From assembly GCA_964248365.1 (NCBI GenBank), contig CAXTYC010000017.1, forward strand, positions 32,001 through 96,000: 64,000 nt of DNA, written 5' to 3'. The position numbers and the translations under genes were made by a program. Below the pieces are notes generated by a model, which was given only the letters and a program-made list of their open reading frames with translations, searched no databases and was not told the DNA's origin. Position 1 is the stretch's first letter. Every line of letters begins with the position of its first letter. Origin of the DNA: an uncultured Chroococcidiopsis sp. (GTDB taxonomy: Bacteria > Cyanobacteriota > Cyanobacteriia > Cyanobacteriales > Chroococcidiopsidaceae). Positions 30,048 to 41,873 of this stretch are shown here, piece by piece.

Positions 30048-31472
30048 ATGACAGTTGAATACGATTTAGTAGTCATTGGCGGTGGTTCGGCTGGTTTGCT
30101 GGCGGCTGCTGTAGCTGCTGCACTCAAAGCTAAGGTAGCATTGATAGAACGCGATCGCCTGGGTGGTGATTGTCTGTGGTATGGTTGCGTTCCGAGTAAA
30201 TCTCTGATCCATGCTTCCCGCGTCGCTTACGAAGTAAAACACGCTGGTAGATTTGGTATATATTGCAAAGATCCTGAAATTGATTTTGCTCTTGCGATCG
30301 GTCACGTTCAAAGTGTAATTTCCACAATTCAACCCCACGATTCACCAGAACGATTTGAAAAATTGGGTGTAGAGGTAATTTTCGGAAATGGTAAATTTAT
30401 AGATCGCAAAACTTTTGAAGTTAATAATCGCCAACTCAAAGCCCGATCTTTTATTATTTCCACTGGTTCTAGACCTGCAAAACTTCCTATCCCAGGACTT
30501 GAAGAAGCAGGATATATTACTAATGAGGAAGTATTTTCTATTACCAAACGTCCTGATTCTCTAGCGATAATTGGCGGTGGACCAATTGGATGTGAATTAG
30601 GACAAGCGTTTTCTCGGCTAGGTTCAAATGTTACTATTATTGCTAGCCGCGATCGCCTCCTTTCCAAAGAAGATCCAGAAGCAGTTGAGGTAATACACAA
30701 ACAATTTGCATCTGAGGGGATCAACTTTTTACTCAATACTAAAGTTGAGAGAGTAGAAGTTGTTGATGGTAAAAAATACGTTTATGCAGGCAAAGAGAAA
30801 ATTGCTGCTGATGAAATTTTAGTTGCAGCTGGACGACAGCCCAATGTCGAATCCCTCAATTTAGACGCGGCTGGGGTGAAAATGGGTAAAAAGGGAATTG
30901 CAGTTAACAGCAAACTCCAAACATCAAATAAGCGCATTTATGCTTGTGGTGATGTAATCGGTGGCTACCAGTTTACCCATGTTGCTGGTTATCAAGCAAA
31001 TGTAGCGCTGAAAAATGCCCTTTTCTTACCTATCTTCAAAGCTGACAATCGGGTGATTCCTTGGGCGACATTTACTGATCCTGAACTTGCGCGTGTCGGC
31101 TTAACCGAACAAGAAGCAAGAGAACGTTTTGGCAATGATATATATGTAGTAAAGCAGGAATTTGCAGACGTAGATCGCGCCCAAGCAGAAGCCGCAACAG
31201 AAGGATTTGCCAAAATTATCACCCGACGCAATGGTGAAATTCTCGGCGCACATCTAGTAGGTGCAGCAGCTGGGGAATTGATTCACGAAATCATTTTAGC
31301 AATGTCGCACAAATTGAAAATTTCTGCCCTGGGAGGGATTCACATTTATCCCACTTTGGCAGAAGTCAACAGTAAAGCAGCGTTTGCTTTGACAAGGCAG
31401 AACTATGAGAAAAACGACAAACTCCAGAACTTGTTAAAGAAGATATTTCCTCTCTTGCGGCGTTTGGGATAA
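30048..31472 (+). CDS. Pyridine nucleotide-disulfide oxidoreductase (dihydrolipoamide dehydrogenase/mercuric reductase-like)
   Basis: GGGSAG, GGDCLWYGCVPSK, GGGPIGCE, HIYPT. Confidence 0.88.
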   Translation: MTVEYDLVVIGGGSAGLLAAAVAAALKAKVALIERDRLGGDCLWYGCVPSKSLIHASRVAYEVKHAGRFGIYCKDPEIDFALAIGHVQSVISTIQPHDSPERFEKLGVEVIFGNGKFIDRKTFEVNNRQLKARSFIISTGSRPAKLPIPGLEEAGYITNEEVFSITKRPDSLAIIGGGPIGCELGQAFSRLGSNVTIIASRDRLLSKEDPEAVEVIHKQFASEGINFLLNTKVERVEVVDGKKYVYAGKEKIAADEILVAAGRQPNVESLNLDAAGVKMGKKGIAVNSKLQTSNKRIYACGDVIGGYQFTHVAGYQANVALKNALFLPIFKADNRVIPWATFTDPELARVGLTEQEARERFGNDIYVVKQEFADVDRAQAEAATEGFAKIITRRNGEILGAHLVGAAAGELIHEIILAMSHKLKISALGGIHIYPTLAEVNSKAAFALTRQNYEKNDKLQNLLKKIFPLLRRLG

Positions 31473-31592
31473 CTTATACCATTTTAGATTTTAGAGCTAT
31501 CGGTGGGCAATGCCCACCCTACTGAAATATTCGGGCAAGAAGTCGAGTTTTGTTAAGCTAGATCAGCTTTTTGAGGAGTGAAGTCAAGCGGT

Positions 31593-32429
31593 ATGCACTG
31601 GCTATTAACTGGACGGTTGAGCGTGGAAAATGTGACAGTGGCGATCGCAGATCTGCCAAAATCGTTACAAGGCACAAAGTTGGTGCAGTTGTCCGATTTT
31701 CATTATGATGGCTTGCGGCTATCAGAAGAAATGTTAGAATCTGCGATCGCCACCACTAATGACGCTGAACCAGATTTAATTGTATTGACTGGCGACTATG
31801 TAACCGACGATCCTAGCCCAATTCATCAGCTAGTATTACGACTCAAACATTTGCAAAGTCGTCTAGGTGTCTATGCCATTTTAGGCAACCATGATATTTG
31901 TTATCCCAACTCCCAAGCCGAAATCACCAAAGCATTAAGCAGCATCGATATTCCTGTGCTGTGGAATGAAATCGCTTATCCTCTAGGAAAGGAATTACCT
32001 CTAGTAGGACTAGCTGATTATTGGTCACGCTCATTTAACATCAAACCAGTGATGAGCCAGCTTGACCCCAAAACACCGCGTATTGTATTATCCCATAATC
32101 CAGATACTGCTCAGGTGCTGAAACAATGGCGGGTAGATTTGCAACTATCTGGTCATACTCATGGCGGTCAGATTACACTGCCTGGAGGTGGTTCTGCTAT
32201 TGAGTTATATAAAACTATCCGTCGCAACCTTCCCAAATCTATCCGCCGGAGGATGCCATTTATGCAGAAAGACTGTGTTAAAGTGGTGCGACATTGGGAA
32301 TGGGCGCAAGGTTTCCACCAGGTAGGCAACAACCAAATGTATGTCAATCGCGGCTTGGGTACTTATCTCCCAGGTCGCCTATTTTGTCCACCAGAAGTAT
32401 CTGTAATTACTTTAGAGGCTAGAGGCTAG
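31593..32429 (+). CDS. Calcineurin-like metallophosphoesterase (YkuE-like)
   Basis: SDFH, TGDY, GNHD, SHNPD, SGHTHGGQ, VNRGLG. Confidence 0.9.
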   Translation: MHWLLTGRLSVENVTVAIADLPKSLQGTKLVQLSDFHYDGLRLSEEMLESAIATTNDAEPDLIVLTGDYVTDDPSPIHQLVLRLKHLQSRLGVYAILGNHDICYPNSQAEITKALSSIDIPVLWNEIAYPLGKELPLVGLADYWSRSFNIKPVMSQLDPKTPRIVLSHNPDTAQVLKQWRVDLQLSGHTHGGQITLPGGGSAIELYKTIRRNLPKSIRRRMPFMQKDCVKVVRHWEWAQGFHQVGNNQMYVNRGLGTYLPGRLFCPPEVSVITLEARG

Positions 32430-32557
32430 AGGAACTAAAGGGAAAAGGGAAAAGGGAAAAGCATTCAGGAGTCAGGAGTTAGGAGTCAGTAGTTCTCCCC
32501 CTCTCCCACTCTCCCACTCTTCCTCTAGCCCCTAGCCCCCAGCCCCCAGCCCCTAGA

Positions 32558-33445
32558 TTAAGGTTCACTTGGCTCTAATGGTCTACCTTTAGGCGTTGGT
32601 AATACGGGGCGGCGATCGCCATAGGGCATCGGAATATACTGCACACTAGGACGACCTCCTTGTGGTTGTGGGTAAAACTCCATTAGGTCGTAGATCGATC
32701 TAGGTAGCCCCACAGTAATCGGTAGCCCCATTTCTGATGCTTCCTCAACCGTGATCGGATAGTCATGGGTAACTCGTCCGGTCGTTAGCGCTTCGATAAT
32801 ATTTTCAATATTTTCGGGCTTAATTTTCTGTTGTGGAATATTGTCTTTCAACAGCGTCCGCACAAACCGCTGTACCTGTGCAATTGCTTTACGCGACAAG
32901 TCTGCCATGATCAGCGTTTGATCGTCAATTTCACTGATTGGTTTTTCTTCAACGACTTTCAAGATACTAGCGGCGGGGAAGTTACCCAACTGCGGATCGA
33001 CTGGTCCTAAAACAGCGTTGGCATCCATGACAATTTCATCCGATGCGAGTGCCAACATCGTACCGCCGCTCATGGCGTAGTGTGGTACATAGACGGTAAC
33101 TTTTGCCGGATGGCGGATCAATGCTCTAGCGATTTGCTCGGTTGCTAGTACCAAACCACCTGGCGTATGCAAAATTAAATCAATCGGGACATCTGGTGGA
33201 GTGAGGCGAATTGCTCTTAGTACCTGTTCCGAGTCTTCAATTGTGATATAGCGTGATATGGGAATTCCCAATAAACTGATAGATTCTTGACGATGAATCA
33301 GCAAAATCACGCGGCTATTGCGTCCTCGCTCAAATTCTTGGATAGCTCTAACTCGGCGAAATTCTATTTGGCGGCGTTGCCATATGGGTTGGAGCGAAGA
33401 AAGAAAGAGAAAAACCCAGAAAAGATCAAAAAAGCCAAATCCCAT
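32558..33445 (-). CDS. ClpP/crotonase-fold serine protease (SDH_sah/DUF114)
   Basis: LHTPGGLVLA, PHYAMSGGTMLAL, LGPVDPQL, THDYPI. Confidence 0.88.
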   Translation of the reverse strand: MGFGFFDLFWVFLFLSSLQPIWQRRQIEFRRVRAIQEFERGRNSRVILLIHRQESISLLGIPISRYITIEDSEQVLRAIRLTPPDVPIDLILHTPGGLVLATEQIARALIRHPAKVTVYVPHYAMSGGTMLALASDEIVMDANAVLGPVDPQLGNFPAASILKVVEEKPISEIDDQTLIMADLSRKAIAQVQRFVRTLLKDNIPQQKIKPENIENIIEALTTGRVTHDYPITVEEASEMGLPITVGLPRSIYDLMEFYPQPQGGRPSVQYIPMPYGDRRPVLPTPKGRPLEPSEP

Positions 33446-33645
33446 GTTATTTATTGTCTATTACATACAGGTTCTCCTTAATTGTTTCAATTTCTCCTCA
33501 AGAGAAAGTCTATCAAAAGAGTTAGGTGTAGTGTGCCAATCAGCACATTATAAACAAGAATTTGAGGCGGGGACTTCTATTTTTTGGTGACAAGGCTCAG
33601 CCTTGCCTTTGAGGGTTGGGAGGTTGAACCTCCCGTTATGGCACT

Positions 33646-34155
33646 CTAGTAACCACCGCGATCGCGTTCTAGGTCGTAAATCACTTTCTCAACATACCAA
33701 TCAACTGACCGATTAGGATTTTTCAGTTTGGCTTGATACAAGAGTCGGTTTGCTGTATCACGCTCATCGTGTAGAAGTCGCAGCAGTTTCTTTTGAAGTT
33801 GACGGCTAGCCTGCTCAATCCGAATAGTACTTTGTTCGTCCAGGGAAGATTTGAAACTGGAACGAGGCTTTGAACTGGACTTACCAGTATCCCCAGCTTT
33901 TTTTGCACTCAAAGCAATTGCAACACCGCCGCCTAATGCTGCTAAACCTAATATTGTGGTTGAGTCTATTTTTTCTGCCACATTTATAGTATCGTTATTA
34001 GAATCAGCAGTAAATTCTGTCAATAGCAACTGATGAGTGCTAGCTTGTTGCCACTCATTATTAGGGTGTTTCGATTCACTTGCAAAAGCACTGGTTGTTA
34101 CCTGAGTGCTAAGAACAGCAGCTAGGGCAGCGCCTAAATGTAAAAATTTCAGCAT
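33646..34155 (-). CDS. Hypothetical membrane protein
   Basis: Signal-like N-terminus, TM segment, C-terminal KLLRLLH...PNRSVDWYVEKVIYDLERDR; AAGGAG upstream of ATG 34155. Confidence 0.7.
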   Translation of the reverse strand: MLKFLHLGAALAAVLSTQVTTSAFASESKHPNNEWQQASTHQLLLTEFTADSNNDTINVAEKIDSTTILGLAALGGGVAIALSAKKAGDTGKSSSKPRSSFKSSLDEQSTIRIEQASRQLQKKLLRLLHDERDTANRLLYQAKLKNPNRSVDWYVEKVIYDLERDRGGY

Positions 34156-34336
34156 TGCTACGTCAGCAACTCCTTGATGCTGGCTTGGTAATAAAAGATC
34201 TGTTGAGCCTTGGGTTAATTTTCTGATGCGATCGCTATTTCCAAACAGCAAATACCAATACAAGAGAGCAAATACACAACAGCTTTGCCCAGAAGACGAT
34301 TTTGTTTGGACAGTAGCTCATCTATATCTACTTCAC

Positions 34337-34489
34337 ATCTTGCATTTACCCGCCTGGAATTTAAATTCCAGGCTGATAGCACAAGTCCACTACAAGTGGA
34401 CTGGATATGTCTTAGCAGTTAGTAAAACTAACGAGCGGCTATCAGCCTTGAACTTCAGTTCAAAGCGGAATTTATAGCAGGTGCAAGAT
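34337..34489. repeat. Nested multi-hairpin element (about 150 bp)
   Basis: ATCTTGCA...TGCAAGAT ends, perfect GCCTGGAATTTAAATTCCAGGC, AGTCCACT-ACA-AGTGGACT, GGCTGATAGC/GCTATCAGCC. Confidence 0.7.
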
Positions 34490-34693
34490 TTAAATCTACG
34501 CTACATTCGTCATCAACTTCTAAACTCTTCGATATTTCTAGTTTGGACTATAAATATGACACAAATGTGTCAGTTGTATTGTCTAAATGTGTTGTTTTAC
34601 TAGTGTGAATACAAATTATTTGTAAGGTGGGCATGGGTGGCATACTTACAATTGCTATGTAGGTGGGCATTGCCCACCCTACTAAAATCTCTT

Positions 34694-36085
34694 TTAATTT
34701 CGGGCAATGCCTTCACTACGGGCAGCTTGTTGCACAGCAGAGGCTACAGCAGGTGCAACTCGCTCGTCAAAGACAGAAGGAATAATGTGTTCAGGGTTGA
34801 GATCAGAGGAATTGACCAAAGAGGCGATCGCGTGGGCTGCTTCTAAGTACATAGTAGTTGTAATTGTCGAAGCTCGACAATCTAACGCCCCACGAAATAC
34901 CCCAGGAAATGCTAAAACGTTGTTAATTTGATTTGGGTAGTCACTGCGTCCTGTCGCCATTACAGCCACATCGTTTACGACTAATTCTGGCTGAATTTCT
35001 GGAATCGGATTTGCCATTGCAAAGACGATAGGGTTTTTTGCCATCGATAGCACCATCTCTCTTGTCACTACACCAGGAGCGCTCACCCCGATAAATACAT
35101 CTGCTCCCACTAAAGCACCGGATAATGATCCCATCTGACTGACGGCAAATTCTTGCTTTTCTTCGTTCAAGTCATTGCGCTGGGTGGAGAGAATGCCTTT
35201 GGAGTCGCACATCAAGATGTTTTCAGCTCCAGCTTTGACTAGTAAGCGAGCGATCGCCACTCCCGCAGCTCCTGCACCGTTAATTACGATCCGCACCTGA
35301 CCCATTGTCTTTTTCACCAGCTTCAGGGCATTGATTAATGCTGCCAAAGTGACAATTGCCGTGCCATGTTGATCGTCGTGAAAGACGGGAATATCTAACT
35401 GCTGTCTTAACAGCTTTTCAATTTCAAAGCAGCGTGGCGCGGCAATATCTTCTAAATTTACACCCCCGAAGACGGTGGCAATTTGTTTGACTGTTTCGAC
35501 AATGGTGTTAGTATCTTGACTAGTAAGGCAGATAGGGAAGGCATCAATTGAGGCAAATTCTTTGAAAAGCATGGCTTTACCTTCCATTACAGGCATTGCC
35601 GCTGCTGCGCCTAGATTTCCCAATCCTAAAACGGCACTGCCATCGGTAACAATCGCAACTGTGTTTTGCTTAATCGTTAAGTTATATACTTGTTCTGGGT
35701 TGTTGGCGATCGCCATGCAGATCCGACCTACTCCCGGTGTATATGCCATTGCTAGATCTTCTTGACTTTTGACCGCAATTCTGCTAGCAATACTAATTTT
35801 ACCACCGCGATGCAAATTGAAGGTGCGGTCATAGACATTTATAACTTTGATCTCTGGCAATGCTTTAACCGCTTGGACAATCATTTCAGCGTGTTCAGTG
35901 CTAGCAGCATCAACAGTAATATCTCGGACGGCGATAGAGCGGGTTCTGTCAACTAAATCAATCTGACCAAAAGTGCCACCACTAGCGGCGATCGCCCCTG
36001 TGACGCTTGCCAACATTCCCACACGGTTCGGAATTTGCAAGCGCAGCGTCAAACTAAAGCTGGAGTTTGGAGTGAGGTTTACCAT
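34694..36085 (-). CDS. Malic enzyme with N-terminal ACT domain
   Basis: AYTPGVG, VTDGSAVLGLGN, NLEDIAAPRCF, FHDDQHGT, GRSDYPNQINN. Confidence 0.93.
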   Translation of the reverse strand: MVNLTPNSSFSLTLRLQIPNRVGMLASVTGAIAASGGTFGQIDLVDRTRSIAVRDITVDAASTEHAEMIVQAVKALPEIKVINVYDRTFNLHRGGKISIASRIAVKSQEDLAMAYTPGVGRICMAIANNPEQVYNLTIKQNTVAIVTDGSAVLGLGNLGAAAAMPVMEGKAMLFKEFASIDAFPICLTSQDTNTIVETVKQIATVFGGVNLEDIAAPRCFEIEKLLRQQLDIPVFHDDQHGTAIVTLAALINALKLVKKTMGQVRIVINGAGAAGVAIARLLVKAGAENILMCDSKGILSTQRNDLNEEKQEFAVSQMGSLSGALVGADVFIGVSAPGVVTREMVLSMAKNPIVFAMANPIPEIQPELVVNDVAVMATGRSDYPNQINNVLAFPGVFRGALDCRASTITTTMYLEAAHAIASLVNSSDLNPEHIIPSVFDERVAPAVASAVQQAARSEGIARN

Positions 36086-36761
36086 TCTAAGTACGCGATT
36101 GTTACCTGGTAATAAGTCAGCTTATATCACTTCCCCATCTAATTGTCACGAATTGTGAAGGGAATAATAGGTGTTAGATTTGACTTGTGTTGTTTTTGTT
36201 AATCGTCCATCCTGTTAGATTTTGAAATTAAACCAATATAAATGAGAAAGTTGTAGCCTGTCAGACAAACACTAGTCAGATTGAGGAGATATTTGCACAA
36301 ATCGGGCGATCGCTCTTGTGAAATACCGCCTGATTTGGATATTTGTCTAGTTTTAGCGCATACACCCAAAATTTAACTGGTAGTTGGTAGTTGGTAGGGG
36401 CGCTCTTTAAACGAGTTATCCGTTTGTTCACAAGTATGTTTGATAAACCCGCGCGTACGGTAGTTGATATGCCACCCATGCCTACCACGATCAGATTTGG
36501 TGGGCATGGGTGGCATACTAGATCTAACCGCGCGCCAGACAAAAGCTTATTCCTTCCTTTGGATGAAATTCTAGAAGTGGCCAGATGTTAGAACTGTTGT
36601 GGAAATAAATGTTAATACTGTTGCTGTGCCTAGATAATTGATGTCAAACTCAATGCTTGCGCCAAATCTGAACAAATATTTAGATTAACAATCCCCTCTT
36701 TACACTACCTATTTGAAATTTCTGTTTGAGCTTGAATCATGGCTTGATTGGGCAACGCCTT

Positions 36762-39700
36762 ATGACACACTCCAAAATTGTAACAACACCTGACTTTCGG
36801 ACTCTGTTTGAGTCAGTACCTGGTTCATATTGGGTAGTTACACCCGACTTCACAATCGTAGCAGTGACCGATGCTTTCTTACGCACCACAATGAGGAAAC
36901 GAGAGGAGATTGTGGGTCGCAACCTATTTGAAGTCTTCCCAGATAATCCTGACGATCCAACTGCTACAGGAGTTCATAATCTGCGCTCCTCCATAGAAAG
37001 TGTACTAAAAAATCGGGCTCCGCACACGATGGCGGTGCAGAAGTACGACATTCGCCGCCCCCTATCGGAAGGAGGCGGATTTGAACAGAGGTATTGGAGT
37101 CCAGTTAATTCACCAGTTTTCGGAGCAGACAATGAAATTATATACATCATCCACCGTACAGAGGATGTGACAGAATTCGTCCGGCTTAAGCAACTGGAAA
37201 ACGAGCTGCACAAAGTAACTCAAGAGCTGCAAAGCCACCAGTCGCAAATGGAAGCCGAACTTTACCAGAGAGCGCAGGAGATACAGGAAGCTAACAGGCA
37301 GCTGCAAGCTGCTAACGAGGCTCTTACCCAGCTGGATCGGGCAAAGACAGCTTTTTTCAGCAACGTCAGCCACGAGTTCCGCACACCACTGACCCTAATG
37401 CTTAGCCCACTTGAAAACATTTTGGAAAATCCTGACAGCTCACTAGGCAAAAGTGAACGCGAACAGTTGGAGATGGTACACCGCAACGGGCTAGGCTTGC
37501 TCAAACTGGTAAATAACCTACTTGATTTTTCTCGGCTCGAAGCAGGTAGAGTGCAGGCTGTCTATGAACCGACAGATTTGGCTAGTTTTACAGCCCAGCT
37601 AGCAAGTGTATTCCGCTCAGCAGTCGAGTCTGCTGGCTTGAGCCTCGTCATTGATTGTCCACGAGGGGATGAGCCGATTTATGTTGACCGTCAGATGTGG
37701 GAAAAAATCGTCTTCAACTTACTCTCAAATGCTTTCAAGTTCACATTCAAAGGGCAGATTGCCCTAACGCTGCATCAAGTAGGCGTTAGCGTTGAGCTTA
37801 ACGTGCGTGACACCGGAATCGGCATTCCAGCAGAAGAATTGCCTTATTTGTTTGAACGCTTCCACCGTGTACAAAAAGCTCCGGCACGTACTCAAGAAGG
37901 TTCGGGCATTGGCTTGGCGTTAGTGCAGGAACTAGTGAAGCTGCACGGTGGTACAGTAAGTGTATCTAGCGTTGTAGGCGAAGGAACAACCTTCACCATA
38001 ACTCTACCAATCGGATCTGCCCACCTGCCATCAAAGCAAATCGATACCACCCGTACCTTACACTCAACTGCGATCGATCCTGCTCTCTACCGCGAGGAAG
38101 CATTGCGCTGGCTACCTGAAGAGGCAAGGGAGCAGGGGAGCAAGGGAGCAGGGGAGCAAGAGAGTCTAATTTCCCCGCTGCCCCGATCAGCCCGTATTCT
38201 ACTGGCAGATGACAATGCAGATATGCGCGATTATGTCAAGCATTTGCTTAGCCCTATTTATGAAGTGGAGGCGGTGGCTGACGGGGTGGCAGCACTAGCT
38301 GCCGTGCGTGAACAGCTGCCAGATTTGGTGCTTACTGACGTGATGATGCCAGGTTTAGACGGGTTCGAGTTGCTGCACGAACTTCGTGCCGATATCCGCA
38401 CTAGAGAAATTCCCATCATCCTGTTATCTGCCCGTGCTGGAGAAGAGTCCCGCGTGGAGGGACTCGAAGCTAAAGCTGATGACTACCTAGTTAAACCGTT
38501 CTCCGCCCGTGAATTGCTAGTTCGCGTTAGTGCCATCTTGGAGATGGTGCGTGTGCGTAAAGAGTCGCTACGACAGGTAGAAGCTGAGCGTGCCTTTTTG
38601 GAGGCGGTCTTGCAGCAGATGCCTGCGGGGGTGATCATTGCCGAAGCTCCTTCAGGCAAATTTATCCTCAGCAACAAGCAGGTGAGTCAAATTTTGCAAC
38701 ATCCTTTTGTGCCAGTTAATGCGATTGAAGAATATGTGCAGTACAAGGTTTTTCACCCAGATGGGCGACCTTACAAACCAGATGAATATCCGTTAGCACG
38801 GGCAATTAGCAAAGGTGAGATTGTCACAGGCGAGGAAATTGAGTACCTGTATGGAGACGGCAGTCATGGCATCATTTACACTAACGCGGCTCCAATTCAA
38901 GACCGAGAGGGGCGTATTATCGCCGCAGTAGTGACGTTTTATGACATCACACAGAGCAAGCAAGCACAGATCGCGCTACAGCAACTCAACGCTAACCTTG
39001 AGTACCAAGTGCAAGAGCGTACAGGTTTGTTGCAACAGGCTCTTGAATTTGAAGCGATGCTCAAGCGAATTACTGATAAAGTGCGCGACAGTCTTGATGA
39101 AAGCCAAATATTACAATCCGTCGTGCAGGAATTATGCATTGTGCTAGAGGTAAGCTGTTGTAATACGGCACTGTACAACCTGGAGACTGGCACTTCTACT
39201 ATCTGCTACGAGTACGCCATCTCGAACCCAAAAGCGCAGTCTCGCGTGATGCAGATAGATTCCTTCCCAGAGATTTACCAGCAGCTGATACAAGGTCAGT
39301 ATTGCCAATTTTGTTCAATCATTCCCAACCCTGTCCGAGGTCGAGTGGCGATGCTTGCTTGTCCGATTTTTGATGACCAAGGGGTGCTAGGTGACTTGTG
39401 GTTAATCAATCAACATGACCATGCTTTTGATGAGTTGGAGATTCGATTAGTACAGCAGGTAGCAAATCAGTGTGCGATCGCTATTCGTCAAGCTCGACTT
39501 TACCACGCTGCTACAAGGCAAGTCTTGGAACTCGAAAAACTCAATGCTCTCAAAGATGATTTCTTGAGTACCGTTTCCCACGAATTGCGAACTCCTATGT
39601 CCAATATGAAGATGGCGATTTCTATGTTAAAAAAGTTTCCTACTGGTGAACGTAGCGGGCGCTATCTGGATATCTTGGAAACTGAGTGTACCCGTGAAAT

Positions 39701-40232
39701 TGACTTAATTAATGATTTGCTAGACTTGCAGCAGCTAGAAAGTGCGCCCGATCCGATCTTACTCGCCGAGTTTGTGAGCCTACAAGATTGGTTGCCTAAC
39801 ATAGTAGAGCCGTTTCAAATCCGTGCTGGGCAACATGGGCAAACTCTACAGATTAATCTTCCCCCTGACTTACCGCCCCTGGTTTCAAACCACGCCAGTT
39901 TGTCACGAATCTTAGCAGAACTGCTCAATAATGCCTGCAAATATACAAATGTTGGTGGTGAGATTGTCCTGAGCATTTGCTACAAATCTGTTGAAGCCGT
40001 AACTGTCTTTACCATCAGTAATACAGCAGAGATTCCAGCTGACGAGTTACCACGCATCTTTGAGAAATTTTATCGCGTACCTAAGAGCGATCGCTGGAAA
40101 CAAGGCGGTACTGGATTAGGGCTAGCTCTAGTACAGAAGTTAATTGAGCAACTTGGGGGAACAATCGAAGTTGAAAGCTCTAGGAGCTGGACTAACTTTA
40201 CTGTCGAGTTACCTAATTATCCAAACTCTTAA
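36762..40232 (+). CDS. Hybrid sensor kinase PAS-HisKA-HATPase-REC-PAS-GAF-HisKA-HATPase
   Basis: Two H-boxes (SHEFRTPL, SHELRTPM), two ATPase domains, REC (LADDN, TDVMMP, KPF). Confidence 0.9.
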   Translation: MTHSKIVTTPDFRTLFESVPGSYWVVTPDFTIVAVTDAFLRTTMRKREEIVGRNLFEVFPDNPDDPTATGVHNLRSSIESVLKNRAPHTMAVQKYDIRRPLSEGGGFEQRYWSPVNSPVFGADNEIIYIIHRTEDVTEFVRLKQLENELHKVTQELQSHQSQMEAELYQRAQEIQEANRQLQAANEALTQLDRAKTAFFSNVSHEFRTPLTLMLSPLENILENPDSSLGKSEREQLEMVHRNGLGLLKLVNNLLDFSRLEAGRVQAVYEPTDLASFTAQLASVFRSAVESAGLSLVIDCPRGDEPIYVDRQMWEKIVFNLLSNAFKFTFKGQIALTLHQVGVSVELNVRDTGIGIPAEELPYLFERFHRVQKAPARTQEGSGIGLALVQELVKLHGGTVSVSSVVGEGTTFTITLPIGSAHLPSKQIDTTRTLHSTAIDPALYREEALRWLPEEAREQGSKGAGEQESLISPLPRSARILLADDNADMRDYVKHLLSPIYEVEAVADGVAALAAVREQLPDLVLTDVMMPGLDGFELLHELRADIRTREIPIILLSARAGEESRVEGLEAKADDYLVKPFSARELLVRVSAILEMVRVRKESLRQVEAERAFLEAVLQQMPAGVIIAEAPSGKFILSNKQVSQILQHPFVPVNAIEEYVQYKVFHPDGRPYKPDEYPLARAISKGEIVTGEEIEYLYGDGSHGIIYTNAAPIQDREGRIIAAVVTFYDITQSKQAQIALQQLNANLEYQVQERTGLLQQALEFEAMLKRITDKVRDSLDESQILQSVVQELCIVLEVSCCNTALYNLETGTSTICYEYAISNPKAQSRVMQIDSFPEIYQQLIQGQYCQFCSIIPNPVRGRVAMLACPIFDDQGVLGDLWLINQHDHAFDELEIRLVQQVANQCAIAIRQARLYHAATRQVLELEKLNALKDDFLSTVSHELRTPMSNMKMAISMLKKFPTGERSGRYLDILETECTREIDLINDLLDLQQLESAPDPILLAEFVSLQDWLPNIVEPFQIRAGQHGQTLQINLPPDLPPLVSNHASLSRILAELLNNACKYTNVGGEIVLSICYKSVEAVTVFTISNTAEIPADELPRIFEKFYRVPKSDRWKQGGTGLGLALVQKLIEQLGGTIEVESSRSWTNFTVELPNYPNS

Positions 40233-40409
40233 AAACTCGAGCATTCGAGCATTCAAAAGTCAAATAGCAGAAAGTAGGGAGTAGGGAGTAGGGAGTAGAG
40301 AGTAGGGGAACAATTATCAATGAACAATGATTAATGGATATCTTACTAACTCAAGAAACGTTAATTGATAATTGATAATTGATAATTGATGCTGTTGTTG
40401 CTCAAAACT

Positions 40410-40440
40410 AAAAAGCGCCCCCCTTTCGGAGGACGCTTTT
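40410..40440 (-). terminator. psbA Rho-independent terminator
   Basis: Minus strand AAAAGCGTCCTCC-GAAA-GGGGGGCGCTTTTT. Confidence 0.8.
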
Positions 40441-40477
40441 GGTGTAGAGAGGCGATATATCGCGTCTCTAACATTGA

Positions 40478-41581
<1,104 letters not shown>

Positions 41582-41626
41582 TTAAACTTCTTAGTTTTTC
41601 GGTAGCTTGTTTACTACCTGTATTAA

Positions 41627-41656
41627 ACATTAACTTATTGGATTGATTTTTGTAAA
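41627..41656 (-). promoter_or_regulatory. Putative psbA promoter
   Basis: Minus strand TTTACA-N18-TAATGT, the architecture typical of cyanobacterial psbA promoters. Confidence 0.6.
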
Positions 41657-41873
41657 GGGTTTTTTAGTTTATTTTTAGATTTTTTTTCACCTTATTTCTT
41701 GATATTAAACCAATGTTATATTATGTAACTGTATTATTTTTTGTTTACTTATTTTAACTAGTGTTAAAAAAGATTTAGCTATGTAAAAATAGGAAGCAGA
41801 GCAATTTAATTTTGTAAATTTTTTAAAGCTTATTTTAAGCAACCCTAGTAACTATAGCAGCGTATTTATTCTT

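Noticed and set aside
30048..31472. merA mercuric reductase
   Set aside because: No C-terminal Cys-Cys pair and no mer operon neighbours
36276..36591. Overlapping short ORFs upstream of the hybrid kinase
   Set aside because: They coincide with REP-like inverted repeats (ATGCCACCCATGCC...GGCATGGGTGGCAT)
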